Shown: positions 51,307 to 60,914, numbered from the stretch's first letter. The stretch is 64,000 nt of DNA from Alphaproteobacteria bacterium (GCA_017539865.1 JAFYCE010000078.1:27419-91418); one strand, 5' to 3'. Notes: generated by a model from the sequence alone, not told the origin. Numbers and translations: made by a program.

Positions 51307-52389
51307 ATGAAGCGTTCTTTTGTGGCTTTGCCGGATTATATGATCGGAACCGACGTTTATCAAAAAGCGTCCGTCATCTTGAAAAAATACGGTAAAACGG
51401 CGGTGATCATCGGCGGAAAGACGGCGATGGCGGTAGCGGCGGAAAAGCTGACGAAAGAATTGGACGGCGTTGAAGTTCTGGGACAGGTTTGGTTCGGCGG
51501 GGATTCCACTTATGAAAACGTCGATATGTTGACCGCCGACGAAACCGTTCAAAAAGCCGATATGATTCTGGCTATGGGCGGCGGCAAGTGTTGCGATACC
51601 TGCAAAGTGACGGCGGAACGGTTGGGAAAGCCTTTGTTCACGTTTCCGACGATTTCCTCGAACTGCGCGCCATGCACCGCTTTGGCGATCATGTATAACG
51701 CCGACGGCAGTTTCAAAAACAATTTTTACAGTTCACATCCGCCCGTTTGCGTGTTCATCAACGATCAGATCATCGCCGAGGCTCCGATCAAATACCTGCA
51801 GGCCGGTATCGGCGACGCTTTGAGCAAAGAACCGGAAGTTGCTCTGGCATTAAGAAATGTGAAACTTGACCAGAATTTATTGGTTGGCAAGTGCTTATGC
51901 GGCGCGTGTTCGGAACCGTTGTTGCAGTTCGGCGAAGAGGCGATGAAGTCCTGTGAAAATAAGAAAACCTCCGAAGCGTTGCAGGAAGTCGCCCTCTGCA
52001 TCATCATTTCCACGGGACTGGTCAGCAATATGACGGTTTGCCCCGAATTTTACTACAACACGAATCTGGCGCACTGTTTTTATTACGGCGCGACGATTTT
52101 TCCCGTGTCGCACAAGTATCTGCATGGATTTCTGGTCGCTTACGGCGTTCTGGCACTGTTGGAATACGACGGTCAGACGGCTTTGCGCGACCGCGTGCTG
52201 AAATTTTATAAAACAACGGGACTGCCGACGACTTTAGAAGAAATCGGATTGACCGAAGCCGATTTGTCCGCTTTAATCGACAAGGCGACCAAAGTCCCCG
52301 GCTGGCACGTTAAAGGATATGATTTAAGCGCGGACAAGTTTAAAAATGCCATTCTGCACATAGACACTTTGGGAAAGGCTTTGAATTAA
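51307..52389 (+). CDS. Iron-containing alcohol dehydrogenase family protein (glycerol dehydrogenase-like)
   Basis: GGGKCCDTCK is comparable to the GldA GGGKTLDTAK motif. NAD-binding N-terminus and a metal-ligand His region (HKYLHG); 360 aa. Confidence 0.6.
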   Translation: MKRSFVALPDYMIGTDVYQKASVILKKYGKTAVIIGGKTAMAVAAEKLTKELDGVEVLGQVWFGGDSTYENVDMLTADETVQKADMILAMGGGKCCDTCKVTAERLGKPLFTFPTISSNCAPCTALAIMYNADGSFKNNFYSSHPPVCVFINDQIIAEAPIKYLQAGIGDALSKEPEVALALRNVKLDQNLLVGKCLCGACSEPLLQFGEEAMKSCENKKTSEALQEVALCIIISTGLVSNMTVCPEFYYNTNLAHCFYYGATIFPVSHKYLHGFLVAYGVLALLEYDGQTALRDRVLKFYKTTGLPTTLEEIGLTEADLSALIDKATKVPGWHVKGYDLSADKFKNAILHIDTLGKALN

Positions 52390-52480
52390 CGAAAAATGAA
52401 ATTGTAAAACGACCGGATTACCGTTTAAAATACTGATATCATCATGACGGCCTGAAAACTTATTTGACGGAGATAATAAA

Positions 52481-52810
52481 ATGCAAATCGAAAAAACAAA
52501 GGAAGGCGATATTGTTGTTCTGAAAATCAGCGGTCAGCTGACATCTGTGACTTCACCTGAGTTGGAAACGGCTATCAACGGCGTTTTGGAAACGGAGAGC
52601 AATTTGGTTTTGGATTTTGCCGAATTGGATTTTCTGGCTTCTTCCGGTTTGCGCGTCATTCTTTCGACTCAGAAAAGAATAAACGCCAAAGACGGTGCCT
52701 TGGTCATTCGCAACGTTAACAAAGTTGTGATGGAAGTGTTCGAAATGACGGGTTTGCGTGATTTTTTGAACGTTTTTCAAGGTAATCGGCAGATTTCCGG
52801 TTCGAAATAG
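52481..52810 (+). CDS. STAS-domain anti-sigma-factor antagonist (SpoIIAA/RsbV-like)
   Basis: 109 aa with a conserved phosphorylatable Ser context (DFLASSGLRVIL). Confidence 0.8.
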   Translation: MQIEKTKEGDIVVLKISGQLTSVTSPELETAINGVLETESNLVLDFAELDFLASSGLRVILSTQKRINAKDGALVIRNVNKVVMEVFEMTGLRDFLNVFQGNRQISGSK

Positions 52811-52859
52811 CCGGATTACGGAAATTTATTAATATTCTTAACAAAACGGAACAAAAGCG

Positions 52860-55223
52860 ATGCCCGAAAAAAAAGTTCCTTCTTTGCACCGCGTTTTTCA
52901 GGCGTGGCTGCTGGTTTTTGTTTTTGCCGCTTTTTGCATTACATTCGGTCTGTCATATTTTTTTCAAACGCGTACAGCCCAAAACATGGCGGCGCATCAG
53001 GCCATTTTACATTTGGATTATATCGGCAATCAGGTCAAAGTCATCGAAAACGATTTGAAAGACCTGAAATCCGATTTAAGCAAAAGTCTGGTTGAAAAAG
53101 CCCGTGTTTTTTCTTTGCTTTTAAAATACAATCCGACTTTGCTGCACAATAAAGATTTTTTAAGCGAATGGAGCAAAGCCGCAGGGATAAAAGAAGTCAG
53201 CATTCTCGGTAAAGACGGTGTCGTTATAGAGGCTTTTCCCGAAGAATTTATCGATACCGACTTTAAAGAATTGGATTTTCTGCATCCTTATCTGCCTTTG
53301 ATTAACAAGAAGGATGGTCTTTATATCGAAGACATACGCACCAGTTACAAGAAAAGCGGCAGTACGAACTCATTGGTGCAGTTTGTCGGCGTATCGCGCT
53401 TGGATTCTCCGGGTGTCATTCAAATGGGTTATTCCGCCGAACGATATGCGGAAGCCTTGAAAACGGCGTCCGCCGATGTTTTGGCCGACGATTACGTTTT
53501 AGGAAAAGACGGCTTCGTCATTATCTCGCAGGACGGTAAGATTATCAGCGCCGGCAATAAAGAGTTAAAGGGAAAAAAGTTAACGGCTTCCGGTTGGAGC
53601 GTTATCAACGATATGCCCGAAGGAAAGCTCTTTTTAGAAACGATTGACGGAAAATCCGTTTTTCTGATGACGCGGCGGATTGATTCTTATCTTTTGTCCG
53701 TCGTTATGCCGAAAAGTGATGTTTACGCCTTTCGAAACACGATTTTATTATGGGCGGCGCTTGTTTACATACTTTTGTTGTCCATCGTTTATATTTTTCT
53801 GTCGGCGTTGTTGGAAAAAATCGTTGTTCGCGGAATTGAAAAAACGAACACGACGTTGGAAAAAATCACCGAAGGATATTTGGATGAGAAAGTCGATGTC
53901 CATTCAAATCAGGAATTTATTTCCTTGTCCAACGGCATCAACACGATGGTTGACGCTTTAAAAGACGCGATCGCCGAAGCGGCCGCCCGTTTGGATAAGG
54001 AACTTGAATTTGCCCGCGAAATTCAACACTCCGCTTTACCGCGCGTGTTTCCGCCGTATCCGAATAAAAACGAATTTGATATTTTTGCATCCATGACGGC
54101 GGCAAAGGAAGTCGGCGGCGATTTTTACGATTTCTTTTTATTGGGACACGCCGGAAGCCATGTCGGCATAGTCATTGCCGATGTGTCGGGAAAAGGAATT
54201 CCCGCCGCTTTATTTATGATGTCTGCCAAGACGTTGATTAAAAACTTTTCCGAAACGGGAATGTCGCCTGCAGAAATTTTTTATCATACCAATCAGAAAT
54301 TGTGTGAAAATAACGAAGCCGGCATGTTTGTAACGGCGTTTATGGGGATTTTGGAAATCGAAACGGGGAAATTCACCTATGTCAATGCGGGACATAATCC
54401 GCCGTTGATTAAACGGGGAAGCAGGGGTTTCGAACGGATGAAATTGAAATCGGGCTTTATGTTGGGCGGCTTGGATTCTTTCGTCTATCAACAAGAGGAA
54501 ATATATTTGGACGGTGACGATACCGTATTTCTGTATACGGACGGCGTGACCGAAGCGCAAAATAACAATTTACAGTTATTCGGCGACGACCGGCTGCACG
54601 ATGTTCTGAATAAAAACATCGGTAAAACGCCGAAAGAATTGCTGACTGCGGTGCAGGAAGCGGTGGCCGGATATGTTGACGGTGCGGAACAGTCCGACGA
54701 TTTAACGATGCTGGCGTTGTCGTATCATCCGAAAACAATCACCGTTTCCGCTGAAATCGAAAATCAGGACAAGGTCATGGACTTTGTCAACGAACGGCTG
54801 GAAAAGGCTTCCGCGCCGATGAAAGTCACCGCTCAGACGGATATCGTGATAGATGAGGTTTTTGCCAATATCTGTAATTATGCATACGCGCCTGACAAAG
54901 GGACGGCAACGATCCGCTGTTCTGTCGGCGGAACTCCCGCTTTTCTGTCTTTGGTATTCCGTGATAAGGGCAAGCCTTTTAATCCGTTGAATAAAGCCGA
55001 TCCCGATATTACGGCAAGCATAGAGGATCGCGAAATCGGCAATCTGGGCATATTCATGGTGAAACAGATTATGGATACTGTTGAATATGAATATAAAAAC
55101 GGCGAAAACGTGCTGACGATGACCAAGCATTTCGGAAACGTTCAGGATGAAGTCCAATCATCTGCCGAAGAAGATAAGATTTTGACGGATGATGGTGACA
55201 AAAGCTTTGAACATGATGAATAA
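52860..55223 (+). CDS. Membrane sensor-HAMP-PP2C (SpoIIE/RsbU-like) phosphatase fused to a C-terminal RsbW-like HATPase_c kinase domain
   Basis: Two TM segments flank a periplasmic domain of about 270 aa, followed by a HAMP domain. The PP2C motifs include GGDFYDF and DVSGKG...DGVTEA. The C-terminal 130 aa have GHKL-type N/G boxes (ICNYAY, NLGIFMV). Confidence 0.75.
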   Translation: MPEKKVPSLHRVFQAWLLVFVFAAFCITFGLSYFFQTRTAQNMAAHQAILHLDYIGNQVKVIENDLKDLKSDLSKSLVEKARVFSLLLKYNPTLLHNKDFLSEWSKAAGIKEVSILGKDGVVIEAFPEEFIDTDFKELDFLHPYLPLINKKDGLYIEDIRTSYKKSGSTNSLVQFVGVSRLDSPGVIQMGYSAERYAEALKTASADVLADDYVLGKDGFVIISQDGKIISAGNKELKGKKLTASGWSVINDMPEGKLFLETIDGKSVFLMTRRIDSYLLSVVMPKSDVYAFRNTILLWAALVYILLLSIVYIFLSALLEKIVVRGIEKTNTTLEKITEGYLDEKVDVHSNQEFISLSNGINTMVDALKDAIAEAAARLDKELEFAREIQHSALPRVFPPYPNKNEFDIFASMTAAKEVGGDFYDFFLLGHAGSHVGIVIADVSGKGIPAALFMMSAKTLIKNFSETGMSPAEIFYHTNQKLCENNEAGMFVTAFMGILEIETGKFTYVNAGHNPPLIKRGSRGFERMKLKSGFMLGGLDSFVYQQEEIYLDGDDTVFLYTDGVTEAQNNNLQLFGDDRLHDVLNKNIGKTPKELLTAVQEAVAGYVDGAEQSDDLTMLALSYHPKTITVSAEIENQDKVMDFVNERLEKASAPMKVTAQTDIVIDEVFANICNYAYAPDKGTATIRCSVGGTPAFLSLVFRDKGKPFNPLNKADPDITASIEDREIGNLGIFMVKQIMDTVEYEYKNGENVLTMTKHFGNVQDEVQSSAEEDKILTDDGDKSFEHDE

Positions 55224-55304
55224 ACAAATCGCCGGAGTTGTCCGTTTCGGCAATCAAGCTTCACGTTTCCGGTATTTGTTTGAAATTTTTTGTTTTTAAA
55301 ACGG

Positions 55305-55338
55305 CGGGGCGGAATTTTTATTAAAAAATTCCGCCCTT
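55305..55338 (+). terminator. Terminator hairpin after the PP2C/kinase gene, at the head of leader element A
   Basis: ggcggaatttttattaaaaaattccgcc followed by cttgttt. Confidence 0.6.
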
Positions 55339-55566
55339 GTTTCATGTGGAACATTTTTTTCTTGAAAGAAACCGGTATTCTTCATATTTTGGATACGTAT
55401 CGGCAACATTGGGTTGCCGGTAAAGTACCTTAGCGGGTGCAGAGATGCGCCATTATCCGTTTTGCTTATTACAAACACGGAAAATATTCTCGGATAACTT
55501 TAAAAGTCAAAAGATAATTGTTCTATGTGATTTTCTCAACCTCCCAAACTGCTGAAAGGTGATTTC
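55339..55566 (+). promoter_or_regulatory. Conserved structured 5' leader (copy A) upstream of the acyltransferase-3 gene
   Basis: Homologous to 59459-59801 upstream of the methyltransferase gene: near-palindrome TGTTTCATGTGGAACA, cttgaaagaaaccggtattcttc, acgtatcggc plus a hairpin, ccttagcgggtgcagag, ttatccgttttgc, acggaaaatat, and gatttctcaacctccc. Confidence 0.5.
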
Positions 55567-57021
55567 ATGAAAGAAAAAATTTTTGGTGCGCTAATGGCTT
55601 TAATCGTTTTGGCGTCGACAACGGGTTTATGGTTTTGTCATAAAGGAAAGATAACATTTTTGACAAATTTAAAACCGGAAACGGAAGTTCTTTTACAATA
55701 TCAGAAAAAAAACGACGGCAATTTAATATCCGTAAAGAAAAAATCGAAACCTGACGGCAAGATTTCATTTGAAGTTAAAGGAAGAACACTTTCTTATTTT
55801 AAAGTCAATGTGCCGGAGAATACAGTAATAAAAAATATTCAGTTCCGCGGTTGGAAAAAACAAAACATTATCCTGAACGCTCAAAATGAATATACGGGAA
55901 AAATACTGAGGAATCGTATCAGTATAACGGATTGGTATAATCTGATTGTTCTGGGAGGCTTGGGATACTATTTGGGATGGTTTTTAATTCATTCCTTAAA
56001 ATACGGCTTTCCGAAAGACGATCCGAAACTGCCGAAAATGTTAAATATCGAATTTTTGAGGATTGTGTTCACATTAATACTGGTTATTCATCATCTTAAT
56101 AATAATTTTCGGGAATTAAAAATATGGAATGCAGGCTGGTTAGGCGTTGAATTCTTTTTTATTTTAAGCGGTTTTTTATTAGTGTTAACTTTTCGTCCTG
56201 AAAAAACTGCAATCAGCTTTATTAAAAACAGATGGATTAGATTTGCACCTCTTGTCATTTTCGGAGGAGTATTGTCAAGTCTGTTTTTTAATCATGTAAG
56301 AGCAAGATATTTTGTAGAATCGATATTCTTTTATAGTTATGACTTCGATTTCATAAAATGGTATTATAATAAGCCTGTTTGGTATATTTATGTATTATTT
56401 TGGGTTGGAATATTTTATTTCTGTTTAATGAAGGCTTTTAAAAAGGAAATTGTAAATTTATTGATGTCCATTATTACTGTGTCAAGTCTTATCTATGTTA
56501 TGCGGTATAATGTTGCCACTTTAGGAATCTTTAGCGGTTGGATAATGCGCGGTTCGGCTTGTATGGGATTGGGGTATTTTTTAGCAGAAATATATAAAAA
56601 TGCGGAAAATGCCGTAATTGTTCGAAAGAAAACATACAATTCTTTTGAATTGTTTATACTTTTATTTTCAATATTTAATATAATATTTATAAAACAATTG
56701 TATATGGATCGGTTTGTTTCCTGTATTTCTTTTATGATTTTAATCCTATTATTTTCATTGAGAAAAGGTGCTATTTCGAATTTTTTCGAAAAACCCGTTT
56801 TTGCGAAAATAGCACGGTATTGTTTATCTGTATATCTGACACATTGGGTTGTAATACGACATATTTTTCCGATTTATTTGGAAAAATATAAAGAATTTTT
56901 TCTTGCGCATACAATTGTTCCGTTTTCTTTAGTTCTGATATCGGTATGCTTGTTAGGTGTTGTCACGCATCATGCGATTGAATTACCGGTAACTCGCATT
57001 TTGAAAAAATGGTTGGAATAA
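55567..57021 (+). CDS. Acyltransferase family 3 (OatA/WecH-like membrane O-acyltransferase) with an N-terminal extracytoplasmic extension of about 150 aa
   Basis: Acyltransferase_3 blocks (LRIVFTLILVIHH; WLGVEFFFILSGFLL) across about 10 TM segments; AT-rich. Confidence 0.7.
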   Translation: MKEKIFGALMALIVLASTTGLWFCHKGKITFLTNLKPETEVLLQYQKKNDGNLISVKKKSKPDGKISFEVKGRTLSYFKVNVPENTVIKNIQFRGWKKQNIILNAQNEYTGKILRNRISITDWYNLIVLGGLGYYLGWFLIHSLKYGFPKDDPKLPKMLNIEFLRIVFTLILVIHHLNNNFRELKIWNAGWLGVEFFFILSGFLLVLTFRPEKTAISFIKNRWIRFAPLVIFGGVLSSLFFNHVRARYFVESIFFYSYDFDFIKWYYNKPVWYIYVLFWVGIFYFCLMKAFKKEIVNLLMSIITVSSLIYVMRYNVATLGIFSGWIMRGSACMGLGYFLAEIYKNAENAVIVRKKTYNSFELFILLFSIFNIIFIKQLYMDRFVSCISFMILILLFSLRKGAISNFFEKPVFAKIARYCLSVYLTHWVVIRHIFPIYLEKYKEFFLAHTIVPFSLVLISVCLLGVVTHHAIELPVTRILKKWLE

Positions 57022-57047
57022 GTAAATTCAAATGGCAATTTTAAAAT

Positions 57048-57101
57048 AAAAAAAGCCGGGGAACTCCTCCGGCTTTTTGCTTTATAACTTGTTGATCCAA
57101 T
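57048..57101 (+). repeat. Direct repeat, left copy (duplicated 3' end plus terminator of the flavodoxin gene)
   Basis: aaaaaaagccggggaactcctccggctttttgctttataacttgttgatccaat versus 61493-61545 aaaaaaagccggaaaacttctccggctttttgctttataacctgttgatccaat. About 90% identity; a terminator hairpin lies inside. Confidence 0.8.
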
Positions 57102-57479
57102 AAGTGGCTTCGGTTTTTTAGAATTTATGGAATGATTCAAAAAAGTGGAAAAATAATATGACTGCGAATGGTAAATTTGCAGGCTTAATATGAATTTTTC
57201 TCTTAAAAGCAATCTCGATTTTTTGTTAAAACGGCATTTCTGTTTGATATTTTAAAGCGGTTATAGCTTTATAGTCCGTGACGAGCCGGTAATTTATCAC
57301 GGATTTTTTTGTAAAGATAAAATCGCACGGGTATCTATTATATCCTGAAAAAATATCCCTTCATTGAAAAAACAGTCTATAACGGCTATATAGACAACAA
57401 CTAATAGGCTATATACATTAAACAATGTCGGTTAAATAAAACAAGCTACTTTTAATAGTGTTAACAGGAGGTTTGAAAA

Positions 57480-57716
57480 ATGGGTAAAAAAGAAACACTG
57501 GATAATAATTTGAACTGTGAAAGAGGCTATTTGACTTTTAGGCAAAAAGAAGTGTTAGGATATTTGAGAAAAGGACTCTTAAACAAACAGATTGCTCACG
57601 CAATGGGATTGTCCGTTTCAACGATTAAACTGCACATTTCCGGTATTTTTATACGGCTGAACGTTAATACGCGGACGGCAGCGGTCGTCAAAGCGCAGGA
57701 ATTGGGATTGATTTGA
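57480..57716 (+). CDS. LuxR/GerE-type helix-turn-helix transcriptional regulator (HTH domain only)
   Basis: LTFRQKEVLGYLRKGLLNKQIAHAMGLSVSTIKLHISGIF matches the GerE HTH signature; 78 aa. Confidence 0.65.
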   Translation: MGKKETLDNNLNCERGYLTFRQKEVLGYLRKGLLNKQIAHAMGLSVSTIKLHISGIFIRLNVNTRTAAVVKAQELGLI

Positions 57717-57754
57717 GTTTAACATTTGGAATCGGAGCGGTTTTTCTAAAAGAA

Positions 57755-57770
57755 AAACCGCTCTTGTTTC
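57755..57770. promoter_or_regulatory. Perfect 16 bp palindrome TGTTTCATATGAAACA (copy 2), following a terminator hairpin
   Basis: Same palindrome at 59459-59474 and a near-copy at 55339-55354; each is preceded by a GC hairpin and followed by a T-run. Confidence 0.5.
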
Positions 57771-58108
57771 ATATGAAACATATTTAAATATTTTTCTTGT
57801 ATTCTGATAATGTATTGGTGCAAAAGAAAAATAAAAAAATGGCACAATTTGAAACGGACAGCATTGTTCTTATCACGACAATACGATTGTCAAAATTTTA
57901 GTGGCGTTACATCGGTAAAATTTTTGTTGAGATTTGTTTAAAAATCAGGATAATCTTAAGAGATAAAGAAAATGCTTCATTGGAAATATTTCTTTAAAAG
58001 TGGAAAATCGGCTTTTTGTCAGAAGTTTTTTAGATCATTTGAAATTTCAATATGATAGAGTGGGGATATGCTGGTTGAAATCTGAAAAAACAGCTGAAAA
58101 GGAAAAAA

Positions 58109-59011
58109 ATGCCGACGATAAAAAGCAAAACTCAATTTTTAAAAGAACTGATTGCATTGAAAGAAGTAATTGATGCAGGAAAAATCAGCACTGCAGCAGA
58201 TAAAAATGGATTGAAGTCGACTAATTTATCTAAATTGATTACATCTCTTGAAAGTCGATTGCATACGAAATTAATTTCAAGGTCTTCAAAGGGAGTATAT
58301 CCATTAGAAGAAGCTGTGAAAATAAATGAAACAACAGAAAAAATTATAAAGCTGCTTGAAGTCTTATTTGTTGAATATGGTCATAGTACAAAAATGACAG
58401 GCTGTATTTCCATATATTCCGAAGAGGATTATATCGGAAGCTATTTTTTTGAAAAATTACAAAAATTTTTGCAAAGTTATCCTTTTTTAAAGATAAAAAT
58501 TTTCTCTGGAGAAAAGGTGGATTTGGATCAAATGGATCTTATTATTTCCTCAAACGGTTCTAATTTATCACGTACGCGGTCTTTGTATAAAACAGAAATT
58601 CAAAGTCATTTTTATATATCGGATAAATATATTCAAAGACATGGAAAACCTGAAAATTTAAGTGATTTGTTGGAAAACCATTTCCTTTGTATGCGCCATA
58701 GCGATTTTCAACATAAGGAAATATCTTATATCATTAAAACGGCTAAACATTTAAATATAACGGCGGACGAAACCTCTATCGTATTTAGAGTTATTCAGAA
58801 TGGAGATGCTGTTGGCATTTTACCGGAATGGTGCGGAGATTTTGATCCTTCGGTCTTTAGGTTGGATAATGTTTTTATAAGCATCAAAAAAGATTTTGAT
58901 GTAATGTATAATATGAAAACAAAAAACGCTGTTATGATGAAATCTGTGCTGTCTTTTCTTAAAAATTTTAATAAAGAAGGAGAATTTTCTAAAAATCCTC
59001 CTTTAAATTAA
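58109..59011 (+). CDS. LysR-like transcriptional regulator
   Basis: N-terminal HTH pattern (L..L.ALKEVIDAGKISTAADKNGLKSTNLSKLITSLESRL...L..R) plus a co-inducer-binding domain of about 200 aa; very AT-rich. Confidence 0.5.
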   Translation: MPTIKSKTQFLKELIALKEVIDAGKISTAADKNGLKSTNLSKLITSLESRLHTKLISRSSKGVYPLEEAVKINETTEKIIKLLEVLFVEYGHSTKMTGCISIYSEEDYIGSYFFEKLQKFLQSYPFLKIKIFSGEKVDLDQMDLIISSNGSNLSRTRSLYKTEIQSHFYISDKYIQRHGKPENLSDLLENHFLCMRHSDFQHKEISYIIKTAKHLNITADETSIVFRVIQNGDAVGILPEWCGDFDPSVFRLDNVFISIKKDFDVMYNMKTKNAVMMKSVLSFLKNFNKEGEFSKNPPLN

Positions 59012-59101
59012 TTGCCCCGATGTTGGTTGATGAGAAAGATTTTATAGCTCCATACAAGAATAAAAAAACATCTCTTTATTGCAACATCGGAAGTAACAGA
59101 A

Positions 59102-59275
59102 TTATTTTTTCGATATGTCGGAGAGTGTTTCCGATTTCTGAATAAATTTTTCTTTTATCTTATTCAGAGATTTTGAAAAATGAGGATAATCAAATTGCAT
59201 AAAAAGTTCTTGCAATCCGTTAATTTGGTACAAGATATAGTCTTCTACATCGTTTTGTTTGAATTTTCTTTGCAT
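59102..59275 (-). CDS. Small hypothetical protein (57 aa)
   Basis: Minus-strand ORF MQRKFKQNDVEDYILYQINGLQELFMQFDYPHFSKSLNKIKEKFIQKSETLSDISKK with a strong SD (aaaggag) 7 nt upstream. Absent from the ORF track because it is under 60 aa. Confidence 0.3.
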   Translation of the reverse strand: MQRKFKQNDVEDYILYQINGLQELFMQFDYPHFSKSLNKIKEKFIQKSETLSDISKK

Positions 59276-59458
59276 TTTATACTCCTTTCATCGTTGATAT
59301 AAGAAGTATATTTTTTTTATGATTTATAACAAATTACCCATTTTATCATAAACCTGTATATTTTGAGGATATTCACGAACGCAGCTATAGGAGGCGGTTG
59401 TCAAGACGTAGAAACTGGGATTGGTCTGAAAGAAAACAAGGGCGGGTTATTCCGCCCT

Positions 59459-59801
59459 TGTTTCATATGAAACATTTTTTCTTTCTTGAAAGAAACCGGT
59501 ATTCTTCGTATTCTGAAAACGTATCGGCGGCACAGGGTCGTCGATAAAGCGCCTTAGCGGGTGCGGAGCCGTGAGAAGCTCTCATATATAGCCGGCGCAG
59601 AGATGCGTCGTTATCCGTTTTGCCTATGGGAAAACGGAAAATATCCCCGACTGTCTTTAATGATGGTTCGGGGGGCTTTTGACGTATGTTCAGAAGTCGC
59701 CGGTTTATCCCCGGACGATTTTAAAGGTCAAAAGGGTCATCGCTATATATGATTTCTCAACCTCCCGAACCGCCAAAAGGCGGTTTACGGGGGATTTTTT
59801 T
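59459..59801 (+). promoter_or_regulatory. Conserved structured 5' leader (copy B) upstream of the DNA methyltransferase gene
   Basis: Begins with a terminator hairpin (gggcgggttattccgccc) and the TGTTTCATATGAAACA palindrome. Shares ordered blocks with copy A, plus two insertions. Confidence 0.5.
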
Positions 59802-60914
59802 ATGGATAAACCGCATAATGCGATTTTAAATCAGGCTCAACGTATTAGAAACGATGAATTTTACACGCAATACGCCGATATTCAGTCGGAAATGAACGCT
59901 TATCTGGATTTTGATCCCGATGTGTTCCGCGACAAAACGGTTTTACTGCCGTGCGACGATCTGGAAGGGAGCAATTTCACCAAGTTTTTCGCGCAGAACT
60001 TTGAATTGTTCGGATTGAAAAAGCTGATCAGCACCAGCTACGCCGTTGAAAGCAAGCAATATAAGAAAGGCTATCAACCGACTTTGTTTGAAACGCGAAG
60101 CCCGTTGTTCGATTCGGACAAGACGCGGACGAACGGCAAGATTTTCACGCTGACCCGCGTCGAAGCCGAAAGGACGAATATCAACGCCCTGAAATGGGAC
60201 TATCTGGACGGCGACGGCGATTTCCGCAGTCCGGAGGTGACCGCTTTGCGCGACGAAGCCGACATTATCGTTACCAACCCGCCCTTCTCTTTGTTCCGCG
60301 CGTTTTTAGCGTGGATAATCGAAGGAAAGAAGACTTTTTCAATCATAGGAAATATCAATGCTCTGACATATCGGGAAGTGTTTCCGCTGATAACTTCAAA
60401 CAAAATTTGGTTAGGGCCCAGTATTTCAAGCGGAGACAGAGAATTTATAATACCTGAAGGAATTGTTGATTTTGAGAGATTTACAGGAATCATCCGGCAA
60501 AATGAAAAAGGGGAAAACATTTATTTTCAAAAAGTTGTCGGCGTCCGTTGGTTCACAAACATTGAACACGGCAAACGTCATCAACCGTTGTCCCTGATGA
60601 CGATGGCGGACAACGTCAAATTCAGCAAACACAAGGAAATCAAGGGCATCGGTTATCGGAAATACGATAATTACGACGCGTTGGAAGTTCCCTTTACCGA
60701 CGCGATCCCGTCCGATTACGACGGCGCGATGGGCGTTCCGATCAGCTTTCTGGATAAATACAATCCCGAACAGTTCGAAATCATCGGGGCTACGGAAAGT
60801 GAAGGCAGAGGGTTTTCAAACGGGCTTTGGCATGAAGAAAGTAAAACGCCTCAGCCTTTGATCGACAACAACAGAATCTTCAAACGTATCTTTATCAGGT
60901 ACAAGGGGAAATGA
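59802..60914 (+). CDS. N6-adenine-specific DNA methyltransferase (NPPF motif; EcoRI-methylase-like or phage-type family)
   Basis: DIIVTNPPFSLF is catalytic motif IV, and the N-terminal NDEFYTQ block fits. Start assigned to the ATG at 59802 (MDKPHNAIL), which is preceded by ggggga; the ORF track starts at 59679. Confidence 0.65.
   Translation: MDKPHNAILNQAQRIRNDEFYTQYADIQSEMNAYLDFDPDVFRDKTVLLPCDDLEGSNFTKFFAQNFELFGLKKLISTSYAVESKQYKKGYQPTLFETRSPLFDSDKTRTNGKIFTLTRVEAERTNINALKWDYLDGDGDFRSPEVTALRDEADIIVTNPPFSLFRAFLAWIIEGKKTFSIIGNINALTYREVFPLITSNKIWLGPSISSGDREFIIPEGIVDFERFTGIIRQNEKGENIYFQKVVGVRWFTNIEHGKRHQPLSLMTMADNVKFSKHKEIKGIGYRKYDNYDALEVPFTDAIPSDYDGAMGVPISFLDKYNPEQFEIIGATESEGRGFSNGLWHEESKTPQPLIDNNRIFKRIFIRYKGK

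Noticed and set aside
56970-57212. Minus-strand 80 aa ORF sharing the peptide KPKPLIGSTSYKAKSRRSSPAFFI with ORF 61349..61714
   Set aside because: The shared peptide is just the 53 bp direct repeat read in a non-coding frame. It is neither a paralogous gene family nor a transposase remnant.
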